This document shows positions 1 to 11,372 of a DNA stretch of 64,000 nt, piece after piece. The notes under the pieces are model-generated. The model made no database searches. It saw nothing but the letters and a program-made list of their open reading frames with translations, and was not told the DNA's origin. The stretch covers positions 1,240,001 to 1,304,000 of the forward strand of contig OZ287075.1 in assembly GCA_965645245.1 (NCBI GenBank). Reading direction: 5' to 3'. Position 1 is the stretch's first letter, and every line of letters begins with the position of its first letter. The stretch is from Massalongia carnosa (Eukaryota). Both the position numbers and the translations under genes were made by a program.

Positions 1-89
1 CATTTATCTACCCCTAGACTCGAAAATTCACTAGAACGTATGAAAGAATATGTAATAAAAGCTAGTCTTGCGAGGTAAAAAGCAACTTG

Positions 90-138
90 GAATGGGGGTG
101 TCAAGGTAGTGAAAAGGGGTGTCCCGGTATTAGTTCCC
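90..138. repeat. Right terminal inverted repeat of a Mutator-like element whose body lies left of the window
   Basis: 90-138 (gaatgggggtgtcaaggtagtgaaaaggggtgtcccggtattagttccc) is the near-perfect reverse complement of 17366-17414, the left terminus of the MULE relic. Confidence 0.6.
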
Positions 139-748
139 TTTTTATATCAGTCTTTTCTATTACTGTTAGTTTGGATGGTGTCGCAACTGACATCGTGCCC
201 TTTCTGTCGCGTATGCTTGAGTTCTCGCTTCATTTTCTTTTTCACCCAGTTACTCTCACAGCTATGCAAACCCGATCGCCTTCCTCTTTCACACTGCTCG
301 TTTCTAAACTCACTGAGTACCACCGGCTCTGTCACCGTTTTCATTGGGTATCCGCCTTACAGGGATTTTAATCCCTCCATTTCGAAGGCATTCTAGAGGC
401 CCCGGATAGGCGCGCGGGGGAGATCACCATCAAAGCTGGCAAGACGGAGCTCCTCGAAGCTTGGGCTGTGCACATAGTGAGTTAATACCGTGAACACGTG
501 ACTGGGAATAAAACTAAAATAGTCTCCGGACCACTCACTTCCTCTCATTGTACAACAGCCTTATTAAAAGCTTGGAGCGAGCCTCGCATGTGGATATATG
601 TGTTATATACACCCCGAACTTAGGATTGGCGATTACCGTTTTCGCTCGGGGAAAGGAGCATGGCCGCTTTAGAGGGAGCAGCAACGAGGGAGCAAAGGGG
701 ATTATCGAGGGAGCTTTTTCTGACTCCTTATATGTTGGCTATGATTCC

Positions 749-1935
749 CTAACTTTGCAGATTGCTATTCAACAATGATAGCTCAATGATGTTCATACTG
801 TCATCATCGTCGTCGTCATCGCATAGCTCCGGCAAATTAAACCTCTTACCGCCGTAATCGAAGCTCTTGATTGCCTTGGGGTCGCGAAACGTACTTAGGC
901 TCACGGCCCGCCTTTCTTTGTCTTTGATGGGGGTAGTGCATGGTGATGAAAGAATCGCCGACTGTATGACAAGACGTAAGTATGAGACAATCCTTGAGCC
1001 GTCGCCACCGTTCCAATCTAGCTTGCGGCTACGTGTGAGCTAATAAATCCCTTTAGCAAACTACTACCCGATAGGAAGATGGTTCAAGTACTCACCTCGC
1101 ATGAGTTATCTAGATGCCAAAACTGAAACTCGTTGCCGTCTGTGCTTAGCCCATACACAAGTTTGTTCTGCTTGCCTTGGCTCTCTCTTGTCCAGTGCAC
1201 AATACCTGTACGTGAGTCAATAACAATCCAGTGACATAAGCCGAAGAAAACATGATAAACTACTTGCCCATATATTCTACGAGTCGACCATCCGCCATGG
1301 AAAGCATACCTTCTCTTTTCGCCTCAATAATATTCAAATTTGTCCCCATCGGTTCGTCTTTGTCATACCAGAGCGAATAGTCTGCAATGCCCTGAAGGAC
1401 GCGCTTTTCATTTTTATAAGTCACAAGGCGGTCGAACTTGGTTTCGAGCTTCAGAAAAAGAGGAGCTGGATTTGAAGACCGTATTGTAGGACGGGCAAGT
1501 AATTGCGTTGACGGCGCCGCGTTGGGTCAATTATACATCTGAAGAGCAAGTCGCTTCTCTTCACCAATACAGACTATGAGAATATCACTAATCTGTGACC
1601 TCGCGAGAGCTTCATTTGCCAAAAATCCTTCTGTGACAAACAGATACTCGTTCTTGATAGCGACTTCAGAAAATTAGTATTAACCAGATCAACACAGGAG
1701 ATAATACCTAGCAGGGCAGGCATTTCGCACAGTTCGTTATCCGCCAGCGACCACGCATCAAGGAGCTGGTTATATCTCAAGTCACATATCTTGATGGCAA
1801 CTTTCAAATCAAGGCTACTGCTTGGAAGCTTTGTTTATATCAGCCAACGACATACGGGATGATAATGGTCAAACCCCATAACAAGCTTACTGATGTCGGC
1901 AGCTGCTTCAGTTCATCAAGCGTAGCGTCAAGATC
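749..1935 (-). pseudogene. Fungal PD-(D/E)XK nuclease-fold-like hypothetical protein, 5 exons, one in-frame stop
   Basis: Removing introns 1829-1890, 1664-1707, 1206-1267 (GC-AG) and 1040-1095 gives one frame: NEALARSQISDILI...GIADYSLWYD...TNLNIIEAK...EYMGIVH...VYGLSTDGNEFQFWHLDN...SAILSSPCTTP, stop at 749-751. There is an in-frame TGA at 1527-1529 and no clear start codon. The fold call rests on the D-Y...E-A-K motif. Confidence 0.7.
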
Positions 1936-3576
1936 CTACCTTAGTGTGTCACCTAGCTTAGGTAGGATATGCTATTCAAGCCAATCAAATGGGACAGCCT
2001 TTGGCTTTGTTATTGGCATATGAGTGAGATTGGTGCTTGCAACTTTGACTGGGGGGGGATGGGGAGGATGAGTCGTAGTCTGTATTATTTTGAGTTCTTC
2101 TAATTCTTACTTTCCATCATTCTCAACTATTATCTTAACAGGTTCGATTCCTGTTAGCGCTGGCCTGATGGTAGGGTGGCAGTTTTCTTTTCTGTTGCAT
2201 CTCTTCTTTCACCCAATCTTTCAATCTTTCAATCTTTCAGCATCAGCACTCTCATCTACACAGCTAAAGCATCGTCTTGTAAAGTGTTATTCCATTCTTT
2301 CCTCCATCAAATCATTCCCAGATGATACCCCTAATAACAATTTCTTCTCAAACCCACCTCATCTCCTCTATTCCATCCAACTCGCTCGTCCCGGCTAATG
2401 CAATTTTTCAATCAGCCCCAAAGCTCGCAAAATCGGTTTTCCCCATTTCGCATTCCCCCATAGTTATGGCAACCATCTTCCTCACCTAGCAGCAACATAT
2501 CCACCCCCTCACCCACCTGCAATCCGCTCCCAACAAATCCAATCCTTCCATAACCCCCCCCCCCCCCCCCAGCCATCCCATATGGCCTTCCATTCGCTGC
2601 CCTCGTAATATTACCACGGATAAACCTAGTCCCCCACCCATCCCATCTCATCCCATCTCACTCCGTCCCATCCCTCGTTCTCTCCCTCCACCACCATCAC
2701 CTTCCAACCCTACAATATAAAATTAACCTCTCCATTTCCCTCCCCCTCCTTCCCTCCCACCCCACCACTACTCCATCCACCCATCCATCGCTCTCCAATC
2801 CATCCCGTCCCCGCCTTGGCCTCTCCCTCGTCACCTCCCTCCACCCACCCACCCCCTTCCTCACTTCCTACAGGCTACCCCCGACCCACCTAAATTTTCT
2901 TTCTTGCATTCTTCCACCCATCCTAGCTGTCTATCTACCCACCCATCTCTTCCAATTCCCTTCCGCCTCCCCGGCGCTCCTCCACTTCCCGCATTCTGTG
3001 CCATCACCAGTCACTGTAAAGTATAACTAGGTGGATCAAGTAGCTAGCGAATCTATTTACAGGTTCGTCTCCTCATCCCCGATCTTGATGGAGGCAACCC
3101 CAAAACCCTGCGACGTGAGTTAGTACTAGCCGTATACGGTTCATGGATATGAAGCTGGCTAGCTGCCTACTTAGTAACGGATGATGGCAAGAGAGGGGGG
3201 GGATCGAAGGACGATTGTAGTGCTTTGTAGTCTCTTGGATGATGACCATTTTCTGCATTTCGCAAGCAACTTTTGAACGAATAGATGGATGACCTTAAAG
3301 TTTCGTCAACCTGCCAGTCTCTTCTCTCATTTGTAGCTTTTCAAGTTCACTTTCTCGTCATAAAAATTTCAGCTCGATCAATTGAACTTCTTGATGGTAA
3401 AATATCTCAGATCTGCGAACCAGCGCAGCACGCACGAAATCAAACGCAAAAATCAGAAAGGTCAAAAACGCGCCACCAATAACAAAGGAGAATATATAAA
3501 TACAAAAGTGCGGCTGACCAGCAGCGCAAACAAGAAACCGGCGAAAATCCTCCACGTCCACCTCTTCCCACTACCG

Positions 3577-6500
3577 TCAAAACCCCGTGGAGGAATCCGA
3601 AAGTGGATCCTCCCAAAACCACGGCGAGTCGCCGCCAGCGCGCAACGTGATGGCCGCGCGAGCGACCATCTCGTCGCCGCTCAACCACGACTCCCGCTCC
3701 TGGATGGCGGCGCCCAGCACCGCCCCCCCCCACAAAACAAAAAGAAAAAAGAAGAACAAAAGCAATAACCACTTCCATCCGAGGGCGACCCGCGCCCCCA
3801 CTCTCCCTTCCTCCGCAGGCACAACAACCACCCACTTCTCCTCCTCCTCCTCCTCCTCCTTCTCCTTCTCAACAGCAGGCACAACAACCACCCACTTCTC
3901 CTCCTCCTTCCAAGTCTTCATCCTCGCTTTCCTCTCCTCCTCCTCCTTTTGGCCATTTTTCATGCCAAGGATGAAGCTGTCCCTTTCCAACTCGAACAAC
4001 TCCCGACGCTCGAGCATAGTAGTCACGTCGTTGTAGTGCTGGATAGCACCCAACGCGTGCTTTTCTACGGCCGGGCGCCGGCGAGGTGGGAGGGAGAGGA
4101 TTGGAAATGCCTCTGGGTTCAATGAGAACCCTTCGGCGTTGGTTTGGAGGCGGCGGCGAAGAGCTCCGAGCTCGCTTGTCAGGCCCTTGATCTGGGCCTC
4201 TTGTTCGCCGCCCAGCTTGCGGGCCTCTTGGTGCTCATCTAAAATCTGTTCGAACTGGAGCGACAGCAGCTCGTACTGCTGTGTGGCAGCCTCCAGTTCG
4301 ACAGTTTCGGGTCTTGTCTCGAGCACCGCGATTTCAGCCCGCAAAGCTGTGTTTACCTCCGCGAGGATTTTCTTGTCCGCCTCGGCACGCTGCCGGGCTT
4401 GGCTCTCCTTGGCGAGATTTTCACTCGCCAAGTCACGCTCCTTCTTCACCGTGGCGACCTCCTCCAACAGTCCCTTTGCCGCGTTGGCCTTGGTTTTGAA
4501 CGCTGCAGCCGCCTTGGTTGCTTCTTCTTGAAGGCTGGCTATCGTTGCGTTGAGGCCGGTGGCCTCCTTGTCTTGTGCCTCGATGACACGGCTAGACTTG
4601 TTGGAGTTGAGCTTCGCTTCTCGAAGCTCATCTTGCGCCTTAGAAAGGTCGCCACGGTTGATCTCCATATCCTTCTCGAGAAGTTCATTCTTCTCGAGAA
4701 GGACATGGTTGCTCCTCTGCAGTCGATCGATGACTGCCGAGGCCTCTTCAGTCAGATTGGACAACTGTTCGTTGTGCTTGATTATCTCTGACTGGAGGGC
4801 CTCGACAGTATCGATCTGCATGGAGCCTTCTGCCTCCGCTCGCTGCCTCCGGAGCTCGGCCATATCCGAGTCCAGCTTGGCTCGCTGGTTCGCGAGGTCC
4901 TGGTCCATCATGCTCCATTTCTGGGCATGCTCAGCAGCCGCATCCATTAAGCCCTGGGAGTAAGCTTGCTCCTCCCGGGTTCTCAATGTTGCGAGCATTG
5001 ACTCTTGCTGCTGCAGGACCTCGTTCTTGTGCTGCTCGGATATCGTCTGTCGTTGCCGCTCGAGCTCGAGCTTGTGCTGCTCGGAGTCTGTCTGGCGCTG
5101 CTTCTCGAGCTCGTTCTTGAACTGCTCGTTAAACTTCTTTCGCCGCTTCTCGAGCTCCCGATTGTAATTGTCAACGACAAACTTCTTCTGCTTCTCCACC
5201 TCTTTCTTGTGCTCTTCCTGCACATTTCCCATGGCTCTCTCGTGCTGCTCGTGCAGCATCTTGATCTCCACATTGTGCATCCGCTGCGACAACTCACGCG
5301 TTTCCCCCTTATCGGCTTCATGCTTGGTTTTCAGCTCTTTGAGGAGTTCCGCTTTTAGGTCTTGTCTGTTTTGGCGGAGGAACTCCTCAAGATGAAGCTT
5401 GCGGAGCTCCATGCTGATCTCGCCGCGGAACCTCTCTTTAAGGTGAGATAGCTGCATAAAGCTCAGAGAGTTCACAGCTGCTTGTTCAGTTGTGGTCAAG
5501 GGTCGTCTATGCTGTGGTTCGACATAGAATAGTGAGGCGGTATGGGAAGCGGTAGGGGTGTAAAGCGAAGCGGTTCCATATGAAGAGGCAGGGTTGTAAG
5601 GAGCAGCGGGTGATTTTGCGGGAATAGGAGCTGTCCCAAATGGAGAAGGGGGAACATAAGCAGGGTTCGAGTGTGAAGCTATGTGGATAGGACTCGTTTC
5701 AGGTAGAGGAGCAGGATTAAAAGAAGGAGCTTTTGACTCAGAAGTTGGGGGAGTAAGTTCATATATTTGCGTTTGGATGTTCTTGATCTCAGCGTCCTCG
5801 TTAGACTCTTTCCTCTCGGAATCCTCGGGTTTCGCACTCTGAGCTTCAGTATCCATAGGTACAGGATGTTCATCAGACGATATAGTCTTGGTATTTGCAA
5901 AGACAATAGTAAGCGGTCCTTGTGTTTGTGGAAGGGAAGCCTGGCTTTCATCCTTAGGAGGCGAATCATATTGATTGGTGAACTCCGATGAGAAAATAGC
6001 AGTATTTGGATCAGGCCTCTGCTGCTTGCTGTCGAACTCAAATGTGGCCATCTGTGATGATATACCAGAGATTGGCATCCTATTGCGGCGACCTTTTGGT
6101 ACTTTACGCTTTCTGGCTTGGATTTCTGCGCGTTGTTTTTCAGTAGGTATTATTTTCTCTTCTATGAATTTATCGGCTGCCTTTTCAGCTTCAATTTCGC
6201 CCCAAGCTTGTTCGAATTCGTGTCTAAATGCTTCTTCTGTCATTATGCTACGGCAATCAGACAATTCGGAAGAATCGTCGCTGTCTTCTCCAGCCGCATA
6301 TTTTAGAATATGATCAGCTAAGGCCTTGATAGCATCGGGTTCTGGTTCTGAAGAATCGCCTTCTAAGTGTTCAAAATCTCCGGGTGGAGGTGGTGTAGAA
6401 TCATTATCCAAAAACTCCATTTGTGCTGCTATTATATCTGCAAGCTCATCTTCGGTAGGTTGCGTTTGCTTATTCACAGAGGATGTAACATTCATACTCG

Positions 6501-7908
6501 TCGTCGACTCTTCTTCGGTTACTGCTAAGGTTGAGTCAAAATTTGTAACATAATCTTGTCCTGCTCCACTGAGGGTTTGAGCTTGTTGGCTTGAAGATAA
6601 GGTAGCATCAAGAACTTTTGCATCGGAATGTTCAATTACAGGTAAGGTAGCTGCAGTAACACTCGTTTGTTGCTGTTGAGTTGATGGTGAGGTAGCAGTA
6701 TTTAGCATAGCTTGTGAGTTTTCCGGTGTTGATAAAGTAGTAGAGGTAGCATGAACGGTTGTAGCATGTGCATTTTGAGTTGCGGAAAACATAGCAGGAA
6801 TGCTGGCTTGTTGCTTTTGTTGAGTCGCTAATGAGGTAGCACTATTTATCATAGCTTGTGATGATTCAGGTGTGGATAAAGTAGAAGAGGTTGCATGAGC
6901 GGCCGTAGCATATGAGGTTTGAGTTGCGGGGAAGATAGTAGGAGCACTAGCTTGTTGACCTCGTCGATTCGCTAATGAGACAGCATCATTCATCATAGCT
7001 TGCAAGTGTTCGGTTTTGGGTGGTAAAGTATCAGAAGAAGCATGAACGAGTGTAGCATGTGGACTTCGAGTTGCAGAGAAGGTAGTATGAACACTGGCTT
7101 GTTGCTTTTGTTGAGTCGCTGTTGAAGTAGCACTGTTTATCATAGCTTGTGATGATTCAGCTGTGGATAAAGTAGAAGAGGTTGCATGAACGGTCGTAGC
7201 GTATGGGTTTTGGGTTGCGAAGAAGATAGCAGGAGCTTTAGCTTGTTGACCTTGTTGAGTCGCTGATGGAGTAGTATCAATCATCATAGCTTGTGAGTTT
7301 TCGGTTGTTTTGGGTAAAGTAGAAGAAGAAGTAGCGTGAATGAATGTAGTATGCGGGTTTTGGTTAGCTGGCAAGGTAGCAGTAACATTGACCTGTTGGT
7401 TTTGTCCGGCCGCTAACGAGGTAGCAGTATCAGACATATGATGATCTTGTCCAGTTGCTGACGAAGTACTATTTCCAATCATATCGTAATCTTGATCTTG
7501 ATCTTTTGCTGATGAGGTAGCATAGCCAGTTATACCATGATTTTGTCCAGTTGCTGATGAAGTACTATCTCCAATCATATCATAATCTTGATCCGTTGCC
7601 GATGAGGTAGCATAGCTAGTTACACTATGGTTTTGTCTAGTTGCTGTTAATCGAGGATCAGGAGTAACGGGTGGGTTTTGCCTAGTTGTCAATGCTGTAG
7701 TATCTGTAGTATCATCGCTCATGACTAGATCTTCATCATCTGCTTGTTGGCTAAAATTGACGCCTGTGGTAGGAAGAGTGCCGAAAGTTGACTGCATACG
7801 AGAATCTGGTGGACTTATGTATAGAAATTGAATCAGAGGTAGGGACGAATCGGAACCTTGGTTATGATCACCGCAGCCGGCAGGATCACTCATTAGAAAG
7901 TCACTCAT
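3577..7908 (-). CDS. 1443-aa protein: Thr/Ser/Gln-rich repeats, acidic/Pro-rich middle, long coiled coil, C-terminal transmembrane segment
   Basis: Single 4.3-kb open frame. Five 48-49 aa QAM repeats, an E/K/Q/L heptad-rich region, and hydrophobic WLLLLFFFFLFVLWGGAVLGAAI near the C-terminus. Confidence 0.8.
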   Translation of the reverse strand: MSDFLMSDPAGCGDHNQGSDSSLPLIQFLYISPPDSRMQSTFGTLPTTGVNFSQQADDEDLVMSDDTTDTTALTTRQNPPVTPDPRLTATRQNHSVTSYATSSATDQDYDMIGDSTSSATGQNHGITGYATSSAKDQDQDYDMIGNSTSSATGQDHHMSDTATSLAAGQNQQVNVTATLPANQNPHTTFIHATSSSTLPKTTENSQAMMIDTTPSATQQGQQAKAPAIFFATQNPYATTVHATSSTLSTAESSQAMINSATSTATQQKQQASVHTTFSATRSPHATLVHASSDTLPPKTEHLQAMMNDAVSLANRRGQQASAPTIFPATQTSYATAAHATSSTLSTPESSQAMINSATSLATQQKQQASIPAMFSATQNAHATTVHATSTTLSTPENSQAMLNTATSPSTQQQQTSVTAATLPVIEHSDAKVLDATLSSSQQAQTLSGAGQDYVTNFDSTLAVTEEESTTSMNVTSSVNKQTQPTEDELADIIAAQMEFLDNDSTPPPPGDFEHLEGDSSEPEPDAIKALADHILKYAAGEDSDDSSELSDCRSIMTEEAFRHEFEQAWGEIEAEKAADKFIEEKIIPTEKQRAEIQARKRKVPKGRRNRMPISGISSQMATFEFDSKQQRPDPNTAIFSSEFTNQYDSPPKDESQASLPQTQGPLTIVFANTKTISSDEHPVPMDTEAQSAKPEDSERKESNEDAEIKNIQTQIYELTPPTSESKAPSFNPAPLPETSPIHIASHSNPAYVPPSPFGTAPIPAKSPAAPYNPASSYGTASLYTPTASHTASLFYVEPQHRRPLTTTEQAAVNSLSFMQLSHLKERFRGEISMELRKLHLEEFLRQNRQDLKAELLKELKTKHEADKGETRELSQRMHNVEIKMLHEQHERAMGNVQEEHKKEVEKQKKFVVDNYNRELEKRRKKFNEQFKNELEKQRQTDSEQHKLELERQRQTISEQHKNEVLQQQESMLATLRTREEQAYSQGLMDAAAEHAQKWSMMDQDLANQRAKLDSDMAELRRQRAEAEGSMQIDTVEALQSEIIKHNEQLSNLTEEASAVIDRLQRSNHVLLEKNELLEKDMEINRGDLSKAQDELREAKLNSNKSSRVIEAQDKEATGLNATIASLQEEATKAAAAFKTKANAAKGLLEEVATVKKERDLASENLAKESQARQRAEADKKILAEVNTALRAEIAVLETRPETVELEAATQQYELLSLQFEQILDEHQEARKLGGEQEAQIKGLTSELGALRRRLQTNAEGFSLNPEAFPILSLPPRRRPAVEKHALGAIQHYNDVTTMLERRELFELERDSFILGMKNGQKEEEERKARMKTWKEEEKWVVVVPAVEKEKEEEEEEEKWVVVVPAEEGRVGARVALGWKWLLLLFFFFLFVLWGGAVLGAAIQERESWLSGDEMVARAAITLRAGGDSPWFWEDPLSDSSTGF
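3815..3910. repeat. 60-bp-period tandem duplication encoding EEEKWVVVVPA x2
   Basis: gcaggcacaacaaccacccacttctcctcctcct occurs at 3815 and 3875. Confidence 0.9.
6640..7400. repeat. Coding tandem repeat with 144-147 bp units
   Basis: The anchor catagcttg recurs at 6706, 6850, 6994, 7141 and 7285. Confidence 0.9.
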
Positions 7909-10900
7909 TCTTCTGAGAGCAAAAATTTCTCTTTCTTAATCTATTCGAGTGTAATATCAAGAGTGCCTTGATGAAAGGTGAAGGGTATAGCTTGGTGAAA
8001 GATGAAAAGTTTGGTTTTGACTAGGATCAAACATCAAAGATATGCTCAGCAGAGACTGCCTTGATAAGATATGAGGGTAGGTCTCGATGAAATATGATGA
8101 AGGGTATGGCTAAGGTCAAACGTACGCATGATGTACTTAGCACAAATTGTCTTGATTAGAGATGAATGATATGAGAAGATCGGAGCGATGCTCGTCAGGA
8201 CCAATGCTGTTTCACAAGGAAAGAAAGAAAAAGAAGAACTGGGAGGGAGGGTATGTTATAAATTTATAGAAATGTGGATGTCCGGGTAGCAAGTGGGTGT
8301 TTTGTTAGTGTCTGTGTACTTTGTGGGTAATCAAAGAGTATTTTGTGTTGCTGTTGATGTTATTGTAGTGTTGTGTGGGTGGTGTGGATGAGCGTTACGA
8401 AAATTATACGTGGTTGGACGCGAAGGTAGCTGAATGTTGAGATGATCGTGACAACTGAGTTCCAATGACGCGGTTGAGAATCAACCTTAGCTAGATACCT
8501 AAATCGAGTATTAAATTCCCAACAACTCGGTCGAAAATTTGGGCAATTGGCTTTGTTGGTAATATGTACCCAGACAGCATCCGGATCCGGCGTAGCTAGA
8601 CGACTGAGAAATTATCAGACACACATCATGTTTTTCTATACGTGGATCCATCTCTGTTTAGCTGCCTTGTTTAATCATCTGCTCTAGTTATCTAATTAGT
8701 CATTCCTTCAAATCTCCTTGTACCTGAAGAAAGATAAAAGAGAGCGGATAAGAATACATTAACAGCGAAGATTCGATTGTCAAAGACCAATGAATGAGAT
8801 GGTATATGGAAGGTTAAGAGAAGAGTAAAAGCAATATTCTAAAAATCTTTTCCTATATTGCGCTGGAGCACATATGAACTTCGAGCTAATTTTCGTCATT
8901 TCTACTTTTTCTAGACATCTTGCCCTCGTTAATCAGAATCATTAGACATTGAACGTCTCAGAAAAGAGCTGTACACAATTTTCCACAGTCGGCGTGGGTT
9001 GCTCAAACTTACATTTCATGCCTTTCCGGTAACCTCATTCCCAAAGAGACCATCGTTGGCACCTATGATAATACCGTGCCAGACTCACGCTGCGGTCAAA
9101 TTACCATCACGAGGACTAGCAATAAAATTGGATAAGCTGCAGGGGCTATTTTGCCAAGGATCACCAACCTCCTATTGTAGGATACTTGCTAAGCTCCTTT
9201 GGGGTCGAGACACTCCACCCTCGAGCCTTACTCAATATTCTGCAGCGCTTGTTGGGATGAGCAGAACTAGGAAGAACTTGGCAGGGAAAGAATGGAATAG
9301 AATGACGGTTCAAAGAGGATATGCAAGTAAACTCTCCTCATGAGCCGAGTGACCGCCAGAGTTGCTGCCGAGGAAGAGACTGTACACCAGACCCCAACGC
9401 GGCAGCAAAAGGGCCTATATGCGGACCCCAATCCTTGAAGCCTTCGACACTATAATTACATGGGAACGGAAGGGACAAACCCGGAAAGATGAAGTATAGT
9501 TTGGATTCCTGAGGGGTTTTGATTTTAGTATAGCGTGCCTATTATCACACGCTCCCTTCGAAGGCCCACAACATGAGTTCCAAGCGCTCCGAACTCAACA
9601 GCGTTATCTATCGAATGTGAACTACTCTTTCTTCGCGGGGGAAATGGAAAAGTGATCTCTCTACATGTCTCTGATCATAGATCTTACAGACGACCGTTTC
9701 AAGTTTCATTCGTAGTTCAAGAGGTGAAGAGGCAGCCAATTCCCCATTCAAAGGGTTAAGATTCAAATCAACCGCAGATGATCCTAACAGTAGTTTAGTA
9801 ACAATCTGGTTAACCTAGAATCCTGCCACAATTATATACCTAAAGGACCTTTAATCAATATACCATTACTATTTTCATAGAATCCTATAGCATTTGAATA
9901 GCTTATTGTATAAATATCCATAGAAAGTAGTATCGTCAACTGGGAAAGCAACGACAATAAAAAAGATTTCATCCTTCGCCTTGTAGTTATTGATGTTGAA
10001 TGGGTTCCAAGTTGCCGGATGAAACCTAGTGGCGGGTAACTAACTATGTACTCGTACTAATGCTAGTTAAACGTTAGGGTTCGTGGCTAAACTTCGGAAT
10101 GCCAAGAGAGATAGTTATGATCTACCCAAAAGCAGTAAGGAACTGTTGTTTGATCTTAAACCTATGGGAAATAAATCGCATTTATCCAAGGCCGACCGGC
10201 GACACAATGGTGTAGAGCTTAAAGGAGGAATATGTTAGCCATAGGACTTCCCTGAGGGTAGGAGAAGGTGGAGAAGAAATGCTAAAAGATTAAGTGAGAT
10301 ATCCTGACAGAAACGTTCCGTAGTGTCAGCTCGTTTGTATTTTCTCGGCGTAGAAATCTTTGCTTAAACGACGACTGGTCCATTGACGATGATGCTACTA
10401 AACCATATAGAATGCGCCGAAAAATTTTAAGCACGGCTATCACTTTCATTCTCACTAAAGACTACGGCAATATTAGGATAGAAATTTAGAGAGCATTTAT
10501 AAAATTAAGGTATGGGTGAGGGCCGAGAGAGAGCCCTAGGATCAGAAAGACATACGGTTGCCTCCTATTTCCACCCTTGACCTTTCCACCAAGCTCCAAC
10601 AGCTCAAAGTTGAACACGTACCTGTCGCTGCGCACTGCTGGCTGCTTAAGACTGAAGTACAGCATTTTCCCCTTCAGGTGCAAGAGATCCGCCTTCAGCC
10701 AAAGTATTTCAACGGAAGCCTCCACTAAGATAAACCTAGTCCATTAGCATATTGAATAGCTATGCGGCCATGCGAAACTCAAGCTCCAGTTAACTGTAGA
10801 GCTAAGGACCGGTACTGAAATGCTGAGGAGAACTCTTATTGGCGCGACGAAGGAGAAAAGGATGTTTGATGGATGGAATTATTGATTTCCAAAACAAGGT

Positions 10901-11372
10901 CTAGGGTTGCTCTAGGGTAGATCAAATGGAGTGTGTGACTAGTAAAACCTCAAATGGTTTGAACTAACTCGGGCATGAACCATCTAAAGCGAAGTAATAA
11001 GAGCAGTTACACCAGGATCACCCAAGGAGGTGGAACATAATATAAGACTGGAGAGAGCAAGATGAACAAAGGCAGAGGCGATTTTTAACAGGATATTAGC
11101 AGTAGAGAAGCCGGACTTGCTCAACCAATCTGGCGGCAAAAGCGGACTATTGAGGCGATATTCATGGACATGAAGACGCAGAATGATGTCTTTCCTCTAT
11201 CCCATATTTTCTGCAGTCTCGCCTGCCTCCTTATCGTGCTCAGCAATGCTCAGGATCTCGTGCAACTAGAAACCAGCTTCCACAAAATAGGATAGAAGGT
11301 GCTCAAACGGGACCAGTCTCGTAGGCTAGCTCGTCCTTATTGCCATCGCGATTCTTTAGGCCATCCTTCCTT

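Noticed and set aside
2136..2157. B-box/T-arm-like hairpin taacaggttcgattcctgtta
   Set aside because: No acceptor, D or anticodon arm could be assembled upstream, even allowing an intron.
3382..6553. Many + strand ORFs
   Set aside because: Antisense shadows of the GC-rich 1443-aa gene.
8435..8524. TGTTG...CAACA copia-like solo LTR
   Set aside because: Only 90 bp and the flanks (ctgaa/actcg) are not a TSD.
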